From Gnetum montanum (taxonomy: Eukaryota > Plantae > Gnetophyta), in assembly GCA_015680685.1 (NCBI GenBank), contig MNCI01000415.1, positions 441,086 to 505,085 of the forward strand: DNA of 64,000 nucleotides. Reading direction: 5' to 3'. The translations under genes were made by a program, and so were the position numbers. How positions within the stretch are numbered: position 1 is the first letter of the stretch; the number at the start of each line of letters is the position of its first letter. The notes beneath the pieces were generated by a model that saw nothing but the letters and a program-made list of their open reading frames with translations, did no database searches and was not told the DNA's origin. Of this stretch, positions 51,540 to 64,000 are shown piece after piece.

Positions 51540-52530
51540 TCTACTTCTCTTAATATCGTTCGATGTGATCAAGCATTTGTATCCATTGCTCTTTCACTGA
51601 ATCAAGGTCTATGATACAAGGTTCATTATTCTACTCATCATTAATGAAGCCAGATAAAGCTACCCTCAAATATGAAACCTACAATTCAAGAGGCAAAATA
51701 GCTTCAAATCCATAAATCAAGCTATAAAAGATGATACCATTTGTAGTTCTAAAGATTGTCGTATAGGCCCAAAGTGCATAACAATTTGTTCATACCATTT
51801 GTGTTTACCATTGCCTAGCATATTCTTTAGGAGGTTTATGAGGACCTTGTTGCTAGCTTCATCTTGGCCATTATGTTGAGGATAGTATGGTGATGAAAAG
51901 GAATTTTATGTTTAATTGTTGACAAAAGGTTTACATCTCTTGGTTATTGAATTGTGGTCCATTATCTATGATGATAGTTAGGAATAAATCAAAATGGATC
52001 ACTACGTTATCCAAAATGAATTTACAGACTTGTTACAACATTGTTTTTCTTATAGGGATAGTTTCAACCTACTTTGTAAAGTACTTAGTTGTAGTGATGA
52101 TGAAGCTATGTCCAATAAAGGAATTAGCTGATATAGCTCTAATTAGGTTGATTTCCCATTGTTGAATTGGTCATGTGATCTAAGTGTTCTGTAACTTAGT
52201 TGGTGGCAAGTGTATCAAGTTTCTATACCATATTACCAATGCTCCCTCTTCAGATTTGATTCTGTAGCTACCAAATCATGCTAAGGAGTGCTCACAATGG
52301 TAAAATAAGGTCATAGTGAGATGGTCAAAAGTTTGTAATGAGATGATGGTTATATTGGCTATTTGAATGGTCATGTGGGCTAACAAAGAATTCCAAATGT
52401 GTTGACATCATGGTTATCATATAATGGTGACATATTTGTTAAATAAGGAGGTCTTCATGCTTCATGCTAGAACTACTAGTTACTCAATGATGTTTGAAGG
52501 AACCAGAAGTTAGTTCTTAGACTTCTTTGG
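51540..52530 (-). pseudogene. Tat-type integrase fragment (additional decayed copy)
   Basis: GQDEASNKVLINLLKNML...KWYEQIVYALWAYTT matches element A integrase. Confidence 0.75.
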
Positions 52531-52538
52531 CCACTTGG

Positions 52539-52631
52539 CTCTCTCTCTCTCTCTCTCTCTCTCTCTNNNNNNNNNNNNNNNNNNNNNNNNNNNNNNNNNN
52601 NNNNNNNNNNNNNNNNNNNNNNNNNNNNNNN
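52539..52631. repeat. (CT)n microsatellite running into an assembly gap (N 52567-52631)
   Basis: Directly visible. Confidence 0.95.
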
Positions 52632-53352
52632 GCCAATGATTTGCTTATCTTTAGGCTACATTAGCCTCTTGTATTTCTTGGAATTTTCTCTCCCCTATTT
52701 TTTTTGTATGTGGGAGTGAACCATCATTAGGTTTCATTGCCAAGACTGAACTTTCATTTTCTTACTAAATGGGAGGTGTTACATTTAGTGAACTTGATTA
52801 GTAGAGCATGTCGAAGAAGATGTCACATGATCATGATACATCGATGTCAAACATAGGTTTTCATTATTAGTAATGTAAGGAAGGCTAAAGTTTAACTACA
52901 AGGTTATGGCTCATAAGGGGTAATGAAGATGATGTGAGGTAAGCATTGTTGATAAGATTAAACAAGCTAACTGAATATCCTACATCTAAGTCATGTAGTA
53001 ACTCACCGTTGTGATGAGTCACACCTTTGCATTGACTTCAAGATCTTCCTACAAGTACAAGTCCAAGAGGATAATCAAATAAATAAAAGAATGCATGTAT
53101 TTATAAAAAGTTACATGAAACAACAAGCAACAAAAAGTAGATATAGGATATCATTAGTTATAATTGGCAAAACATGAGAACACTATTTCTTTCTTTACAA
53201 GTTCAGAAAAAGTTTGCAATCTTTTGAAATGTAAAAAGAGATAAGAGGTCATGCAGGCTATCTTTTTGTAGACTACTAATATCATTGATGTCAATAATTT
53301 ATCCAAACCTATAAAGAAAGTCAAACAAATACTAGAAGCAAATAGGTCAAAG

Positions 53353-54960
53353 TTAGATATAATAAGGTTTAAGATAGGAATGGTTAACTGGATTGGCTAA
53401 TTAATTCCCATCCATGTCCACCAACCTGAATGCTCCATTACCATAAGCTTTGGTAACTAAGAAAGGTCCTTCTCAATTACTCAAAAATTTGTCTACATGT
53501 TTGCAAAAAGCCTTTAGAACAAGGTCTTCTTCCTTGACTTTCTAATTATTTAGATCCTAATGATGCTATTGTTTTTTCTTCTCTTAATATCACTTGATGT
53601 TTCCAGGCATTTGCATTTTCTATTCCTTCATTGAATTGAGGTTAATGATATGCAGATCCTTATTCTACTCATTATTGATGAAGTCAAAAAAAGCTATTCT
53701 TAAGGATGGAACCTATAATTCAAGAGGCAAGATAACTTTAGATCATAAACTAGACTATATAGGGTGGCATCGGTTGCAAATCTAAATGTTGTCCTATAAG
53801 CCCAAAGTGCATATGGGAGTTGTTCATGTCACTTGTATTTTCCATTTCGTAGCATTTTCTTGAGGAGATTTATGATGATCTTGCTACTGGCTTCAGCTTG
53901 GCCATTAGCTTGTGGATAGTAGGATGATGAAAAGAAATGGTTAATGTTTAATTGTTGACAAAAGGTTTGCATCTCTTGGCTACTAAATTATGATTCATTG
54001 TCTATGATGATTGTTAAAGGTAGGCCGAAATGGGATATGATATTATCTAAGACAAATTTATAGACTTATTGTGATTTTTTTCTCCTCAAAGGAATAACTT
54101 CAACCCACTTTTTGAAATATTTGGTTTTGGTGATGATGAAGCTATATCTAGTAGAGAACTTAGGAGTTATAGGTCCAACTATATTGATTCCCCATCATTG
54201 GAATGGTCATGTGATTTAAGTAGAATGTAACTCAGTTAGTGGCACACGTATTAGGTTGCTGTACTATTGACATAAGTCCCAAGTTTTAACCTTCTACAAG
54301 CAATCACTTTCCATATAGGTCCAATAGTATCCTAAGTGTCTAATCTAATCTTTGTTGTCATGGCTCTAGGTCTTATATGTCCTCCACACATACCATCATG
54401 CACTTGTTCAAGGAACATATGGGCTTCTACCTTTTCATGAAAATTAGAAATACACCATTGTATTATCTTTGACATAATGTATTATTGGCTATAATGATGT
54501 ATTATTTTGATCTTTTACATATAGCATCCTTTTGAGGGGCACTTAGGTTTTTATTTAACAAGCTTGATTCTAGGGTCAAGTATGATATTATGTTGCACTA
54601 AATGTGGATCTAATCCTAGCATATCTTTGTATGACCAAGCAAAGATCTTAATGTTATTCTAGAGAGCTTTGATGATATCTTGGACCAACTAGGGTTCTAG
54701 TGAGGAACCTAATTTTAGTGTTTTTTTCTTACCATTGTGGGTTGTGATAGGAAGTTTAACTAGAGAATCCTCCATAATGTCTCAAGCCTCTAAATCAAGA
54801 GTTTTAACTATGTACTCAAGCCACTTTAGGGACTTCTCTATTGCAGCTATATGATTGAATGGGCCCCCAGGTTCAAGATAAAGGCATTCTAGGTCAATTA
54901 ATCATTCCACATTACTATAGGATCCATTCAAGCTCAAGCATAGGTTGAATTATCCTCATG
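53353..54960 (-). pseudogene. pol: pol remnant of element E: RT N-terminus joined by deletion to integrase
   Basis: FAWSYKDMLGLDPHLVQHNIILDPRIK, then a jump at ~54540 to VHDGMCGGH...LGYYW; ends NPVNHSYLKPYYI*. Confidence 0.85.
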
Positions 54961-55239
54961 TATCCATGATTTGATCTAACATGTCAACAAAGACATATTA
55001 ACTAGCATCTATATTGCATAATTACCAAATAATGTTAAAATAATGCAAAATATTACAATAATAAAGCACAACATAGTTGAGTAGGATCAAATTAGAGTAG
55101 AACAAGGAAAAATGAGGCTAAGATCATAACATAGAAAACCAAGGAGAAATAAGATAGACTAAGATGCAACAAGGTGGAACAAGAGCCAAATGATGCAAAA
55201 TAAACATCAAATGAGGTCAAAACCATGCAAAATAATGTA

Positions 55240-55650
55240 ACATGAGGTTGAATGAAGACTTAATGATGTCAAATGACATTAAATGATACCAAAGGATATC
55301 AAATGATGGTAAAAATGAGGCTACACAAGGTCAAATAATGTCAAAATGAGATAAAATGAGGCCAAATGGTGTCAAAAATGATGTAAACTATTGTTAAACA
55401 ATATCAAATAATGTCAAATGATACCAAATGAAGTCAATATGATGTGAAATGATGTCAAATGATATCAAATGATTCCCAAACTATATCAAATGTTACCAAA
55501 TGATATCAAATGATCTCCAAATGGTGTCAAATGACATCAAATGATGGAAAAATAATATTAAATGGTGTTGAATTACACCAAATGGTGTTAAAATGATTTA
55601 AAATGACATTTAATGATGTGAAATGATAGCAAATGATATCAAATGATGTA
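55240..55650. repeat. Degenerate ~10-11 bp satellite (aaatgatRtc)n
   Basis: More than 25 visible units. Confidence 0.88.
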
Positions 55651-58600
55651 GAAGAAGATCAAACAAGGTTAAATAAAATGAAGGAAGATTGAACATGGTC
55701 AAAATAATATTAAATTATTATTATTATTATTATTTGGATGATTTTATGATCAAAATAAGTTAAAACCTAGTAAAAACATACTATGAATTGTCAAAATAAG
55801 CTAACATTTAGAAAAAATAGGCCATAAATTACTAAAATAAGAAAAAATCTTGTTAAAAGGTCATAAATTATTAAAACAACTAAAAATCTACCGAAAATAA
55901 GAAAAAATCTTGTGTACACTACTAGGATGAGTAAAAATCTAGTGACAATACTTAAAATAAGCAAAAATATTATGAAAATAGACTATAAACTACTAGAATA
56001 ATGTTTTTCTATGGATAAACACTTTTAAAAAGCTAGAATATTATGTTTCCATCATGTGGAAATTGTTTCCACAATGTGTGAGCATCTTGAACTCCATCTA
56101 GATCACATGGGATCTAAATCTATAACTTGAAAAGAGTTTTGACCAAGTTTATGACTTGTTTAGATTGATGTGACTATATCTAGGTAGTTTAGGGCTAGTT
56201 CTAGAATTATTTGATTATTGCGAGCAATGTATGGTCAATTTTGATTAGGGTTATGGATTACCATTGCTCCACACGCTACCCAAAATGTTGCCATTACATG
56301 TGGGATAGGTTTCCCTAGTGTGTGAGGTCAAAATCCAATTTCAATAGCTTATGAAGTTTACTTTTCTACTTAATTTTTCACTCTAGGTCTTGTGAAACAC
56401 ACCAGGAAATGTATGAGCAATTTGGAGCATGATGTTTATTAGTGTAGTGCTCACACACTACCCCACATGCTACCATAGTATGTGGGATAGGTGCTTCAAT
56501 AATTGGAACCCAACCACACAAGTTTTTAGAGACTCTAGCTCTATTTTTGGCTTCTCTAGGCTTTCATAATAACATCTAGGTCATGTAGGAGATCTCTATA
56601 GTTTGTTTGGCAATTCTAAATAAGGTATAGTTTGCATGGATCAAGTTAACAACCTGGTGAGGCTTTGCGTGGTACCACACATGCTACCACAACATGTGAT
56701 AGATGAATCCCTAGTATATGAGCACTCCTGCTTGAATTCCCAAAATTTTTGGATTGGTTTTTAAAATGTTGGAATTTTTGTGTGTTTTCTTGGTTTTTTA
56801 GAATCCACCAGGTAGTGTATGGGCAAGTTTGGCAAGGAAAATAACTAGTGTAGGATTGAAACACTACCCCACATCTTGCCATAGTGTGTAGAATAGGATT
56901 CTCTAGCATGTGTGCATTTTAAAAATGATTCCTAGCATGTGGGGTTGTTTGGTGCTTTTACCTAAGTCCTATGGAATCCAACCATGGTCAAACTATCAAT
57001 GTGTAAGGCTAGGAAGCCAAAATTTCAAGCAAATCTCAACCTCTAAGGCCTATTTTTTAGGTTATTTCCCAACCACAATGTATGGAGGGATTTTCTTGAT
57101 TTGCACAAAGTTTCATGAGTAGCATGTAGGCATCTCAAGAGAATTTTTAACATCAAAACCTAGTGTGTGAGCTTTTTTCCTCACCTAATTTCTTTCGAGG
57201 AGCATGTAAAAGATGGATTTTATGGTTAAAACCCAAATACCCAATACTTTGTGGTAATATTTACATTTACCCATCCTTGTGCATAATGTGGTTGTATCAA
57301 AGTTGAGAATTTTGGCTTTTTCCTAGAGCAATCGAGGTAGAACTCTCAAGTTTTAATAACCATGGTAAAGAAGATCAATTTAACAAGTCAAAATCTAGTG
57401 TTGGATGAGGCAGAGGAAGTAGTACAAATTATCTCTAGGCTTCTAGATCCATCCAGAAGTGAAGGATCTTCATCAAGGACCACTAGATTTAAATTTTTCC
57501 TATGTTTTTCTTATTTTTCATAAATCTATAACAATGCTTTCCCACTCCTAGGCTTGCTATAGTTGAGATTTTGTATTTTGACTATGTTAAATTCAAGGTT
57601 TAGGCTTTTCAATCATATTGGTTAAAAAAAACTTGGATTTTTGAGTGTTTTGTGATGGATATTTGGATTTTTCTCACACCAATGCATAGTGTTTATGCTC
57701 TATTTTTGCCAATTTTAGTCAAACTTCAACATTTTTTCTAGCCTGTGTGCAATGCAGTTTTTGAGTTCTTGCTTCATAGATTTGTTATGTGAGGTATTTT
57801 GATTATGTTAGAGGTGGAATCAATTTTTTTTATTTTTTTATTGCTGAGATATGGATTTTTTATCAACCTAGTGCATTGCATTCTCACCTATTTTTCCCAA
57901 AATTTTGCAGTTTTTCAATGGAAAAACTAGTAGCGTTGATAGTTTTTTATCCACCCCTAGTCAACATCTAGGGTTCTTGGGGATGGAAGATGTAGTGTAG
58001 AGGGGTTATAGATGAATTTTGATTTTTAGAATTTTTTTCAAATTTTTTTTATGATTTTTACTATAGTCAATTCACTGCAAATTGGGGATTTTTTGTGAAA
58101 ATTCTATGAAATTCACTGCAAATTGGGGATTTTTCTACACCATAACTACAAATTTGATGGTGAATTCAAGTTTTTCTAAGTCTATTCTCAGTGTTTGCAA
58201 TTGAAAATAAATTTTAAATTTTTTAGAGGCTTGTTCCCAGCCTGAGGAACTATGTTGATTAGTTACAGTTTTGATTGCAAAGTTTTACAATGTTTAAGCT
58301 AGTATTGACAATGTTGGGTACTTGGGCAAGGGTTTTGGTCATTGTGAAATTTTTCTAGTTATGTGACTAGCATATGTCACTCTCTAGGCTTGCTAGGGCA
58401 ACATATGAGAGGCTTTGGGGTTTTTCACAGAGTAGAACATCAATGTGTGGGCTCTAAAAGCCAAGAAAATTCATGTTTCTCATCACCACTTTCCCTATAT
58501 TCTAAGATTTTTGGGACTATGAAATTTCTTGGCCAATTTTTGGAGGCATTCTATATCCTCTAACCCATAGTGTTGTCAATTTTAGCTTCCAGTTGTGCAA

Positions 58601-58937
58601 AAACTTAGTTTCATGTTAACTGTTTGTGAACAGGCTTGTTTTAATGCCTTACATGTCAACTATTTGTTAAAATGTCAAGGTGGTTTTTTCTTATGTTGAA
58701 TGTCCAATAAGATGTCAAATTTTGTTATTTCATATGCAAATTGAAATGTAAAAGGCTAAGTTTTTGTTTACATGGGAATGGTAGTTATGTTATTAGACTT
58801 GATTATATTTTGTATTTTGTGCTCAATGTCAATGCTATCATCCTAGAGGCTATTTTGATTTGAATTTTCTCAATTTTTTATTGTAATATTTCTATGGTCT
58901 ATATGATCTCATGGCTATATGGCTTTGCTATATGTAG

Positions 58938-61900
58938 TGTATTACTAAAACCTATTTTGATCATCATGGAGTTAGCGGGGATTTTGTATTACACATGGAT
59001 GGCTACACATAATAGCTTAACCCCTAATATGAACCATGAAAAATGCATCCCAATATGGTTTAGACCTATCGCCAGAGAATTCTTGATGTACTTACTCCAA
59101 AATTACAATGTGATTATGTTATCACACTTGGCTGTAGATTTTGCAATGGTAATCACAGAGACTCTTGTGGCATGGTCTTCTAACTACATCTTGTATTCAT
59201 GGTGGATGATCCTAACACTCAAAGAGAAATAGTATGGAAGAAGGGCTTGTATTTAGTAGAAGTTTAATGAGTATTCCAAATTTGGAAGATTCCCAAGTAT
59301 TCGCAGTACAATGCTAACAATACCTTGATGCTGGGTCACCACATAAACACTCTATTCCAAAATCCTCCTATAACTATCTACCTACTATAAGTGTAAGCCT
59401 AGTCTTGAATTAATATATTTTATTTATTTATTATTTCAATGTTATTTATTCTAATGCTTTTTATGCTTTAATTTTCGTAGGTATAAGGCACACCATGGAG
59501 GATTAGTGAAAATTGACCAAACCTTATCTATGGCATGTACAACTTTGGAAGATTTTAAGCAAGGTGAGATCATAAGAATGTGAGTGCTTACCCATCTTGA
59601 TGCTAATTTTGGTAGGTACCTTATGCAGCATTGTCTCGTATATCAAATATGTATAACTACCAATCATGCATATGAATTTTGAGCTCTACAAGATTTAGAA
59701 GCATCTTCATAAGTTTAGCCTAAGTTTCTAGTTTTGCCTAAGGTTGATGAGTGGAAATTGGTTAAGCATGGTCAACATTTTAGTATTTTTTTATTTTTTA
59801 TTCTTTTTATTTTTGAGTTTTCAGTTTTTATGATTTTTGATATTTTCTATAGTGTAAAAGGCTAATGGGCTAGCTATGTTGTGTTGTAGATTTTGTTCAT
59901 GAGCCTACTGTTACTATGCTAACTTCAAGTCATGTTGAGGAGAATATTTTCTTCAAATGAGGTGAAGTAGATCAAGCACTAGCATGGTTAGCAAACAAAA
60001 CTCTTGCAAATGTCCAACAAAGGATCACTAATGCAAGTTTGTTTGATTTGTTCATGCTACATAGTCCATCCATATCATAGGCCAAGATGTTGAATGTGAT
60101 TAACTCTTTTAATGAGGGAATCATTAAATTTGTCACTTGTGTGCATGATGTTCCTATTTTCTGAATCATTAATGAGTCCATGTTTAGTGAACTTTTTGGC
60201 ATACTTTATAGTAGTGTTAAGGTAGTTGTTAGAGTAGGGAAGGATGTAGGCCATAGAGAGGAAATGGAGGCCTAGCTCAAATCACCTATCGATGCTACAT
60301 TATCTTTTAGTAGATGTGATGTTGAGAAGGAAAATGAGACTTATCCTCTTTTTCATTCTAGAGACTTTCCCATGCTACTATCGTAGAAGAGAACCATATG
60401 TGTTCAACAAGCTTGAACTATGAAAAAGGTTTTAACTAATAGCATTAGGTTTGATTGGGCTGCCTTCTTGGTCACTAGTCTAAGGGATGAAACCTAAAAC
60501 CTCCGTAATAACCTTGATTCTATATACCACATGCATTTTATGTTTTTTGGTGTATACATTAGAAGGTTCATGGAGTTCTTGGTGATTAGGAGAGATGAAA
60601 AGTGGGTAGCACATGATGCTTTTAACTCTCCAAGCCTTGCACTAAACACATTATTCAGGTGATGCATTTCCAAGATCCACCAATGGAGGAGATGGATGAA
60701 TCATTGTCTATTCCACTATGAATATTAGTGGTGTCCATGGTTATTTCCCTAATAGCATGGGGATTGAGCCCCATGCTATTTGTGGTAATTTAAAAAGAGC
60801 CAAAAGAATATGCATTGAAGTAGATGTCACCACTAGAGAAAAGATGAAGAGGCCACAAGTTGAAGAAAACATTCCTATTGTTAGCCATCCGGCATGTAAG
60901 ACACTAGCTATCAAATTTAACAAGGTCAATCAGGTTATTTGAGGTGTATATATATGTTATATATTTTTATTTTTTTAAGTTTTGTATTGTTTTTGGTTAT
61001 ATTGTGTTGATAAAAATTCTTACTAACTTATTCTATTATTTTTTTTAATTGATGTAGGAAAGAAACAAGTGTTAGCTACTTAGGCTACTATGAGGAGGAG
61101 CAATGATGCAACAAGGAGAGGAAAGGGCATCATGTTTTGGATTCCATCTTAGGTGATTTACCTTCAGGAAACAACACTTCGATAGACTTATCTCATGATC
61201 ATCTTGGTAAATTTTGATGTTGTTTATATTTTTGTTTCAAACTTTATATGTTTTTATGGCAAACGATATTATTGGTTATAGTCATTATAGTGCATGAGCC
61301 TCTTCTAGAACCATCCACATCTACATTATGTTCTAGGCCTTGGGTGAAGGTCCCAGACAAGATGGAATTCATGCAGAGAATGGTAAATGACATGGTTAAT
61401 AGATTATAGCATATAACTCTTGATATTGGTAAGAGAAGTTAGAACATTTTTATTTTGCATTTTTTTTATATTTTTATGTGTTTTCATGTTTTATGGCTAC
61501 ATAGTTTTAATAGTTTTTTTTTCTACTATTTTTGATTTTCTTGTGTTTTTTGGCTATGGTAGTGTCCAAAGTTAGATGGGATCCTACGTAAGACATTAAA
61601 TTTAATGAGCTTCCTGAGCTGCCACCCCATGTGGAAAATGTTCCATGGAGATTGTATGAAGGAGCTACCAAATGTGCTATATCATATGCAAAGACATCTT
61701 AATAGTTCCAATGATCTAATGAATTTTTATGAGAGAGAGTTGTGGCTTTGGAAAAATAGGTCAAGGAGCTATCAAATGAAAATAGGAGTCTTAGAGATCA
61801 TAAGGAATTTATAGAGGCCTGTGTGACCAATAGAGTCTGTTTGTGTACTAAGGAGATCAAGTGGTCATGCTACTGGAAGGTTCATAATATGTAAGGTTAC

Positions 61901-62190
61901 TTTAGCTAGGAGCAACATGAAGAAGGACATCTACCATTAGAGTCTCTTCATGTAGGAAGTGGCTAAAGTAACCTTACATGAAGATCTTCTTATGAACTAG
62001 TAGCTCAATCTACAACATGAAGAAGGACATGCAAATCAAGCTATTGGTTCATAAGATCAAGAATTTGTGAGACTATTGCACATGGAGGTTAAAATGGGGT
62101 AGGAACCAAAAGGTTCACAAGCAGCTATATAAGGCAGAAAAGGAGACCTATTTGAAATCATGGCATGAAGAGGCTATGGCAAAAGGTTCA
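58938..62190 (+). pseudogene. Decayed homologue of the element A antisense gene (FCP1-like + PMD-like + coiled coil)
   Basis: Exons ~58938-59392, 59481-59760, 59890-60943, 61058-61206, ~61291-61428 and 61563-~62190 occupy the positions of exons 2-7 of the 29999-34012 gene; exons 2, 4, 6 and 7 align clearly at the peptide level. Confidence 0.85.
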
Positions 62191-62577
62191 TCTATAATGT
62201 TGGTTCCTTTTGTTTCTTTGGAGGTGATTTCTTATTATTTGGCTAGGAAGAGGTTAAGGCATTGGCCACTATGGAATGGCACTGGTCAACTTGGGTTGTA
62301 GGCTTAGAGGTGGAGGGAGGAGGCACTCTAATGATAAAATATTCTTTAGGAGCTATAGGTGGTGGTATCCTTATAATATATAGAGTTCTTAAACTCATAG
62401 AAGTTTGTGTGTTGCAAAGAGGTACCCAAACAACAAATGATTTTCTAATAGTTTTGGACTTATCATGGACATTAAAGATGGCTATAGTGAATGGATCATT
62501 GTTAGCACTAAGAGGGTCTTTGTACACCTGCATGGATTTATTTATATACCTAACTAGGTTAGATGAATCTAGAAGTA

Positions 62578-64000
62578 TGATGAGACGTGGATTGCACAAG
62601 CCGCGATATCGCGGTCCGCTGCCAAATCTATAAATAAGAGGCGGCACTCCCCTCATTTCAAATCCTAAGCGTACAAGTAGCGAAGCTCTGGCGGATTGAT
62701 CACCCCAGAGATAGAATATTTTCCATGTGCCCGCAATAGGAGTCCCCCAAGTGAACGGTTCTTTATTCGAGCAGCTTTGTACCTAAATGCAAGTTGTGTA
62801 TGGAAATAAAGACGAGCTTTGTGGATAAACCTTGCAGTGCATGGATAGGTTTAATTAATGTTATTTACNNNNNNNNNNNNNNNNNNNNNNNNNNNNNNNN
62901 NNNNNNNNNNNNNNNNNNNNNNNNNNNNNNNNNNNNNNNNNNNNNNNNNNNNNNNNNNNNNNNNNNNNNNNNNNNNNNNNNNNNNNNNNNNNNNNNNNNN
63001 NNNNNNNNNNNNNNNNNNNNNNNNNNNNNNNNNNNNNNNNNNNNNNNNNNNNNNNNNNNNNNNNNNNNNNNNNNNNNNNNNNNNNNNNNNNNNNNNNNNN
63101 NNNNNNNNNNNNNNNNNNNNNNNNNNNNNNNNNNNNNNNNNNNNNNNNNNNNNNNNNNNNNNNNNNNNNNNNNNNNNNNNNNNNNNNNNNNNNNNNNNNN
63201 NNNNNNNNNNNNNNNNNNNNNNNNNNNNNNNNNNNNNNNNNNNNNNNNNNNNNNNNNNNNNNNNNNNNNNNNNNNNNNNNNNNNNNNNNNNNNNNNNNNN
63301 NNNNNNNNNNNNNNNNNNNNNNNNNNNNNNNNNNNNNNNNNNNNNNNNNNNNNNNNNNNNNNNNNNNNNNNNNNNNNNNNNNNNNNNNNNNNNNNNNNNN
63401 NNNNNNNNNNNNNNNNNNNNNNNNNNNNNNNNNNNNNNNNNNNNNNNNNNNNNNNNNNNNNNNNNNNNNNNNNNNNNNNNNNNNNNNNNNNNNNNNNNNN
63501 NNNNNNNNNNNNNNNNNNNNNNNNNNNNNNNTACTTTTATTCTCCATCAAGATGAACAACTGTGATGGAGAGATTTGCAAGGTAACATCGTGTTACCCCC
63601 GGATTCATCAGTCCCTAACATGCTTTTCTGTGCCTTAGCACAAATTGGCATGCAAGAGCTATTTGCGGAATACGTTCAGGATAACTTTGACACAAGGGAT
63701 TATCATCCCACAAATGCCCAATGTATTCGGGACGAAAGGTAGGAGAGCCAACATTCATTGTTGAAGGGCAAGGTCCCTCATGTCCTTAGTGAAATAGAAG
63801 ACAAAGAACCCCTCATAATGGGTTTCTTAGAAGATGATGTTCCTTCTCCTCACAATGGTGAAGAGGTTAGGCATTAGGGCCTCTGATCAACTGTACATGC
63901 TACAGGCTCTGATCCCCGTAAGCACCAACTGTTCACGGCAGGAACAACCACTCACACTAAGGACGGACACTTAGATCATTACAATGATCGGGGCCGAAGC
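62578..64000 (+). mobile_element. Element F: Athila-like element of the B family inserted into element E gag (5' LTR, N gap 62869-63531, start of ORF); runs off the window
   Basis: tgatgagacg... resembles the reverse complement of the B LTR end. After the gap, TFILHQDEQL*WRDLQGNIVL...NFDTRDYHPT matches B 16700-17170. Confidence 0.88.

Larger units (their letters stand above)
52632..62577 (-). mobile_element. Element E: older, internally deleted relative of element A (gag tail, antisense gene, RT N-terminus, integrase)
   Basis: Minus-strand gag tail at 62190-62577 (NKSMQVYKDPLSANNDPFTI vs NQALHVYKDSLNANNAPYTI), RT leader and INT at 53353-54960, plus-strand accessory gene between them. LTRs not seen. 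Confidence 0.85.

Noticed and set aside
58894-59232. Host FCP1-domain phosphatase gene
   Set aside because: Lies between gag and pol of element E and is colinear with the element A accessory gene, so it is treated as TE cargo.
62794-63580. Long ORFs in the track
   Set aside because: Artefacts of the N gap.

Overview
Eukaryotic (land-plant-type) repeat-rich DNA made almost entirely of nested, decayed LTR retrotransposons. I found no intact host gene, RNA gene or CRISPR array. The centrepiece is a full-length 17.6-kb Ty3/gypsy Tat-clade element (element A, 23630-41201). It has 1.55-kb LTRs, an ATGAT target-site duplication, a tRNA-Asn PBS and domain order GAG-PR...RT-RH-aRH-INT. Its protease and RT are separated by ~5.3 kb holding an antisense gene of 7-8 exons with spliceosomal introns. 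The reconstructed ~1020-1080 aa protein has an FCP1/NIF HAD-phosphatase-like domain with altered catalytic motifs, a PMD-like domain and a coiled coil. A diverged second copy (element E, ~52.6-62.6 kb, minus strand) carries the homologous gene in the same position and orientation, with matching intron positions, so this is a family architecture. A's non-coding DNA is densely seeded with a TACGC motif. Also present: two pol-less Sirevirus-like copia elements (gag plus an ENV-like/Transposase_32-like ORF), a pol-less Athila-like family (one complete copy, one partial copy, one related solo LTR), older Tat gag and integrase remnants, a chromovirus-like gag remnant, tandem arrays and three N gaps. 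Domain assignments come from motif recognition by eye, not database searches.
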